Origin: an uncultured delta proteobacterium
GTDB lineage: Bacteria > Desulfobacterota > Binatia > UBA9968
Length of the DNA: 64,000 nucleotides
Direction of reading: 5' to 3'
NCBI GenBank assembly: GCA_963804165.1
Contig: CAWDPO010000023.1
Span: forward strand, 96,001 to 160,000
In this document: positions 58,791-64,000 of the stretch, in pieces
How positions within the stretch are numbered: position 1 is the first letter of the stretch
Layout of the letters: every line of letters starts with the position of its first letter
The notes under the pieces: model-generated
What the model saw: only the letters and a program-made list of their open reading frames with translations
Database searches by the model: none
What the model was told of the DNA's origin: nothing
Made by a program: the position numbers and the translations under genes

Positions 58791-59533
58791 TCGGTCGGCA
58801 GGCCTCCCTCGCCCTTGCGATTCCGTGCACGAGTTACCCGGCGAACAAATTCAGATAAGAATCTCTCGGCGTAGTATTTCAGCGTCGGAGCATAGCTGTG
58901 CGTATCGGCTAAAATCTTGTCGGGCATGACGTAGGGCGCCAGCGCCAAATCTTTGGAGCGTTCATCGATCCAGCGTGCGATCATGCGCGGCGTCACTTCA
59001 AGATGAAACTGCAGTCCGTAAATGGTCTTGCCAACGCGAAACGCTTGGGTACTGTAATGCGCCGAAGTCGCCAGGCGAATCGCCCCCACCGGCAGCTCGA
59101 AACCATCGCTATGCCACTGGAACACCGTGGCGCTCTCCGGCAAATAGCCGAGCAGCGAATCCACTTGACCGTGCGGCGTTATCGATATCGGACTCCAACC
59201 GATTTCTTTGACCGGACCGTGAAACACCGGAGTTCCGAGAGTCGACGCGATCAGCTGCGCTCCCAAACATATACCCAACATCGGCACCGCCTCGTCGATA
59301 GCGGCTCGAATGATTCTTTTTTCCCAGCGAAGAAACGAAAAACGCTCCTCATCATCCACGCCCATTGGGCCGCCGAGAATAATGAGAGCGGTAACATGCT
59401 TCCATTCCTCAGCCGGCATTTCGCCATGAAACAAACGAACGACTCGATAATCCGCTCCTTGTTTTTCCAAAACTTCGGCAAAGAATCCCAGGTCTTCAAA
59501 TGGGTCGTGCTGGAAAACCAGGACCTCTTCCAT
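58787..59533 (-). CDS. class I glutamine amidotransferase domain protein
   Basis: LGGPM, LGICLGAQ, QWHSD and LQFHLE triad; start at ATG 59533. Confidence 0.9.
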   Translation of the reverse strand: MEEVLVFQHDPFEDLGFFAEVLEKQGADYRVVRLFHGEMPAEEWKHVTALIILGGPMGVDDEERFSFLRWEKRIIRAAIDEAVPMLGICLGAQLIASTLGTPVFHGPVKEIGWSPISITPHGQVDSLLGYLPESATVFQWHSDGFELPVGAIRLATSAHYSTQAFRVGKTIYGLQFHLEVTPRMIARWIDERSKDLALAPYVMPDKILADTHSYAPTLKYYAERFLSEFVRRVTRARNRKGEGGLPTE

Positions 59534-59552
59534 CGGGTCCCTCACGCGGCTT

Positions 59553-59645
59553 AGTGCTGAGCCATGAGTGCTGAGGACTGAGTTGTGGGCTCGGCGAAGC
59601 GAGTCCGTTTGCTCCTTGCGCAGTCCCCGTGACTCAGTCCGTGCC
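59553..59645. repeat. 7-nt tandem/inverted repeat hairpin between glnA and the GATase gene
   Basis: TGAGCCA TGAGTGC TGAGGAC TGAGTTG ... ACTCAGTCC; same unit family as 25511-25576. Confidence 0.55.
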
Positions 59646-59646
59646 A

Positions 59647-61062
59647 TCAGATATCGAAGTACAGAGCGAACTCCCAGGGATGGGGACGGAGCCGGATGGC
59701 ATCGACCTCAGCCTTTCTCTTGTACTCCAACCAGGTCTCGATCACGTCCTTGGTAAACACATCTCCTCTTAAGAGAAATTCATGGTCCTTCTCCAACGCA
59801 TCGAGGGACTGCTCCAAGGACCCCGGCATCGATTTCACCTTGGCCGCCTCTTCGGGCTCCAATTCGTATAAGTTCTTGTCGATCGGCTTGGGCGGCTCAG
59901 TCTTGTTACGGATCCCGTCCAGTCCGGCCATCAGCATGGCGGGAAAGGCAAAGTACGGATTGGCGCTGGGATCGGGGGTTCTAAACTCTAACCTCTTGGC
60001 CTTCTCACTGGTGGAGTACATCGGGATTCTCACACAGGCGCTTCTGTTTCGGGCCGAGTAAACCAAGTTGATCGGCGCTTCGTAGCCGGGGACCAGTCTC
60101 CGATAAGAGTTCGTCGTGGGGGCGATAAAAGCGCACAGCGCGTGGGCATGCTTAATCAACCCGCCGATGTAGTATCTGGCCGTGTCGCTGATCAGCCCGT
60201 AGCCTTTCTTGTCGTAGAAGATATTCTTTCCCGCTTTCCACAGACTCTGGTGGCAGTGCATGCCGGAGCCGTTGTCTTGAAACAGGGGCTTGGGCATGAC
60301 CGTGACCACCTTGCCTCTCTTGCGGGCGGTGTTCTTGACCACGTACTTATACGTCAGCACCTTGTCGGCCATCTTGGTCATGGTGTCAAAGCGCATGTCG
60401 ATTTCAGTCTGGCCGCCGGTGGCGACTTCGTGATGGTGCACTTCGATCTTGACCCCACACTTCTCTAGGTTTAACACCATCTCGGATCGTAGATCTTGGT
60501 ACTGGTCCATGGGGGGGACGGGGAAATACCCTTCTTTATACCTGATCTTGTTGCCTAGGTTGGGACCGCTGTTGCTCCCGGAGTTCCAAAACCCCTCAAT
60601 AGAATCGATATGGTAGTAACCCTCATGATGGTTTTGGTCGAAGCGTACGCTGTCGAAGATAAAGAACTCGATCTCGGGTCCCCAGTAGCTGGTGTCGGCG
60701 AGCCCGGTGGACTTTAAATACTTCTCGGCTTTTTGCGTGACGTACCTTGGATCTCGGGTGTAGGGCTCGCGGGTGATGGCGTCGAGGACGTTGCAGATAA
60801 AGCTGATGGTGGAGTGCTCGGTGAACGGGTCCATCATGGCGGTGTCGGCGTCAGGGAGCAAAATCATGTCGGATTCGTTGATCGATTGAAATCCGCGGAT
60901 GCTCGATCCGTCAAACCCCAGTCCTTCTTCGAATAGCTCGGCTGATAACTCGCCTGCCGGGATCGAAAAGTGCTGCCACAGCCCGGGAAAATCCACAAAC
61001 TTTAAATCCACTATCTCTACTTTGTTCTTCTTCGCCAAATCTAGGGCGTCTTTGACTGACAT
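59647..61062 (-). CDS. glnA: glutamine synthetase type I
   Basis: FDGSSI, HHEVA..GQ.E, MPKP...DNGSGMH and the adenylylation site NLY. Confidence 0.98.
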   Translation of the reverse strand: MSVKDALDLAKKNKVEIVDLKFVDFPGLWQHFSIPAGELSAELFEEGLGFDGSSIRGFQSINESDMILLPDADTAMMDPFTEHSTISFICNVLDAITREPYTRDPRYVTQKAEKYLKSTGLADTSYWGPEIEFFIFDSVRFDQNHHEGYYHIDSIEGFWNSGSNSGPNLGNKIRYKEGYFPVPPMDQYQDLRSEMVLNLEKCGVKIEVHHHEVATGGQTEIDMRFDTMTKMADKVLTYKYVVKNTARKRGKVVTVMPKPLFQDNGSGMHCHQSLWKAGKNIFYDKKGYGLISDTARYYIGGLIKHAHALCAFIAPTTNSYRRLVPGYEAPINLVYSARNRSACVRIPMYSTSEKAKRLEFRTPDPSANPYFAFPAMLMAGLDGIRNKTEPPKPIDKNLYELEPEEAAKVKSMPGSLEQSLDALEKDHEFLLRGDVFTKDVIETWLEYKRKAEVDAIRLRPHPWEFALYFDI

Positions 61063-61138
61063 GTTGCTATTTGCCTCCTTGAGTAAATAATTTATGCCTG
61101 TATCGAATGTATTTTCTCACGCGCCGCAAAACACGCTA

Positions 61139-61600
<462 letters not shown>

Positions 61601-61604
61601 TTAC

Positions 61605-61620
61605 AGCAAGCTCGATGCCA
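61605..61620 (-). promoter_or_regulatory. sigma54 -24/-12 promoter (glnB-glnA)
   Basis: TGGCAT-CGAGC-TTGCT. Confidence 0.8.
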
Positions 61621-61715
61621 TGAATGTCAATGCAATTGCGCGCTTTTCTGCGTTGCAATAACAATAAGGATTTTTTCCGCTACTCCAGAATCAGGCCGAA
61701 CAAATTCATACAAGC

Positions 61716-61752
61716 TGCTTAGCGATTGAGCGTTGAGCCTAATTTCTAAGCA
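61716..61752. promoter_or_regulatory. paired NtrC-like enhancer sites
   Basis: TGCTTAGCGATTGAGCG and AGCCTAATTTCTAAGCA, about 100-130 bp upstream of the -24 box. Confidence 0.5.
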
Positions 61753-62176
61753 GCGCATTCGATTGAAATCAGGTACAAACTATTCTGTTAAAGCTAATGT
61801 TGGGAGGTGAGCTTCTTCAACACGACTGTTGCTTCGGCTGGAATGTAAATTTCTAGGAATTCAAGATTGTCGCAGAAGATAGGCGATCCGATGAGTCGAG
61901 TCGGAACAGTTCACCAATTCTAAACCAGGCGGAAGCCGTTTTCTCGCCGGAGTGCCGGGGTCTTTTCGAGGGATGTTTGCGGAAATCTCGGTAACGACAG
62001 ATCGAAGGTTACCGAGCCAAATTTATCATGCTGACGTCATAACCCGCTCTGCATATTTGCAGAGATGGCGATCATGCATTTGAGATCCACCATCCAAGTC
62101 TTCAACAAATCATATAGCGAAAGCGGAAGCGTCGCCTTCTCATTGGTCGACGCCATCCGCTCTCACCATGATCAGT

Positions 62177-63691
62177 TTAGGACGATTTGGCCACGAAATC
62201 GGGGTAAGCGACGTTGCCGTGCTCGCCGATATCGAGGCCTTCCATTTCCTCTTCCGCCGACACGCGAATGCCGATAGTCGCGGCGATGATCTTCCAAAAG
62301 ATCATTGCTATGGTGAACACAAAGGCGGCCACGCCGATGACCCCGGCCAATTGCGCCATCAAAAGACCAATGCCGCCGCCAAAGAACAAACCGTCGCCGG
62401 TGGTGTTGGGCGTAAACTCGGCCTGAGCGAATAAACCCACCGCCAAAGTTCCAAACACACCGCACACCAAGTGCACCGAGATAGCGCCCACCGGATCGTC
62501 AACTTTGATCTTGTCGAAGAAAAGCACCGAGACCACGACCAGAAACCCAGCGATTAGTCCGATAATCAGCGAACTCGGTATGCTGACAAAGGCGCAGGGC
62601 GCCGTGATCGCCACTAGCCCGGCCAACGCGCCGTTGAGAATCATGGATAGATCCGGTTTGCCTAAAAGCAGCCACGCGGTGATCGAAGCTGCAATCGCCG
62701 CGGCTGCCGCTGCCGTGTTGGTCGCCACCGCGATCCGTCCGATCGCGCCAGCGTCGGCCGCCATCGTGCTGCCGGGATTAAATCCAAACCAACCAAACCA
62801 CAAGACAAACACTCCAAGAGTCGCCAACGCCATGCTGTGGCCGGGTATCGGCAATACCCTGCCGTCCTTGCTGTACTTCCCTATGCGCGGACCAAGAGCT
62901 ATCGCTCCCGCCAGCGCGGCCCAGCCGCCCACCGAGTGCACCACCGTGGAGCCGGCAAAGTCGAACATGCCAAGCTTGGCCGCCCATCCTCCACCCCAAA
63001 TCCAGTGACCCGTAATCGGATAGATAATGCCGACCATCAAGAAACTGAAAATATAAAAAGCGCCAAACTTAACTCGCTCGGCGACTGCCCCGGAAACGAT
63101 CGTGGCCGCGGTTCCAGCAAAAACTAACTGGAAGAAAAACTTGGTCCACAACGGCACGCCGGTCCAATTCAACGACCCGTAAACCCCTTTATAAGCATCA
63201 GCCATCGCCGGACTGTTGTCGGCGCCACCGACAAACCATAGACCTTCAGTCCCAAAGAACGGATTGCCGTCGCCGAACATCAACCCCCAACCCAAAACCA
63301 AAAAGGCGATCGATGAAGCCGCGAACACCACAAAATTCTTGGCCAAAATCGTCACCGCGTTCTTCGCCCGGCAAAGACCGGACTCGACGGTGGCAAACCC
63401 CAGGTTCATGAAAAACACCAACATGCCGGCGATCAACGTCCACATCGTGTCCGCCGCCACCTTGGCGCCGCCGATCTGCTCCAATAACCCTTGGGTAAAC
63501 TGCGCCGGCGCCGCCCCGGGATCTTCTTTCTTCGCTTCCGCCACCGGTGCCGCAGGCGCAGGCGCTTCTACCTTCGCCGGCTCCGCCCCTGGAGCGGGCG
63601 GCTCCTGCGCCCAAGACGAAGATGCCATCAAGAACACACCAAACATCACTGACAATGACAGCAGTGCCGTTAATCTTTTTGCTATCTGCAT
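62177..63691 (-). CDS. amtB: ammonium transporter
   Basis: FFQLVFA, DFAGSTVVH, WFGWFGFNPGS and DDPVGA.SVH motifs; signal peptide. Confidence 0.96.
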   Translation of the reverse strand: MQIAKRLTALLSLSVMFGVFLMASSSWAQEPPAPGAEPAKVEAPAPAAPVAEAKKEDPGAAPAQFTQGLLEQIGGAKVAADTMWTLIAGMLVFFMNLGFATVESGLCRAKNAVTILAKNFVVFAASSIAFLVLGWGLMFGDGNPFFGTEGLWFVGGADNSPAMADAYKGVYGSLNWTGVPLWTKFFFQLVFAGTAATIVSGAVAERVKFGAFYIFSFLMVGIIYPITGHWIWGGGWAAKLGMFDFAGSTVVHSVGGWAALAGAIALGPRIGKYSKDGRVLPIPGHSMALATLGVFVLWFGWFGFNPGSTMAADAGAIGRIAVATNTAAAAAAIAASITAWLLLGKPDLSMILNGALAGLVAITAPCAFVSIPSSLIIGLIAGFLVVVSVLFFDKIKVDDPVGAISVHLVCGVFGTLAVGLFAQAEFTPNTTGDGLFFGGGIGLLMAQLAGVIGVAAFVFTIAMIFWKIIAATIGIRVSAEEEMEGLDIGEHGNVAYPDFVAKSS

Positions 63692-63713
63692 GATATTTCC
63701 CCCCCTCGTTTCA

Positions 63714-64000
<287 letters not shown>

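Noticed and set aside
59533-59647. N-terminal extension of the GATase ORF (start 59647)
   Set aside because: It is translated 7-mer repeat sequence; family similarity begins at ATG 59533.

Overview
GC-rich bacterial window, probably from a Deltaproteobacteria-like lineage such as Binatota (inferred from gene order and Bug/TctC genes, not tested). 1-30.6 kb is core genome: rpoC (partial)-rpoB-rplL/J/A/K-nusG-secE-rpmG-tuf, 12 tRNAs, rlmB, lptFG, rplM-rpsI, tig-clpP-clpX-lon, rph-rdgB and yggS-yggT. It also holds an unexplained ~500-nt, densely base-paired non-coding stretch (~23600-24105) that looks like a stand-alone large structured RNA on the + strand. 30.7-33.7 kb has a UGA-interrupted Grd/Prd-B-type selenoprotein with a SECIS-like hairpin and two Bug/TctC binding proteins. 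33.8-43.9 kb is a defence island: type I R-M (hsdR-M-S), a frameshifted proteasome-beta/Ntn-hydrolase-like gene, and an ApeA-like HEPN gene split by a complete IS5 element. 46.7-64 kb is a nitrogen regulon: glnK-amtB, glnB-glnA-GATase-REC/ANTAR regulator, an ANTAR-leader nitrate/nitrite assimilation cluster and a porin, with three sigma54 promoters each preceded by paired enhancer-like palindromes. Frameshifts cluster at 37-44 kb and 49-58 kb and may be sequencing errors.
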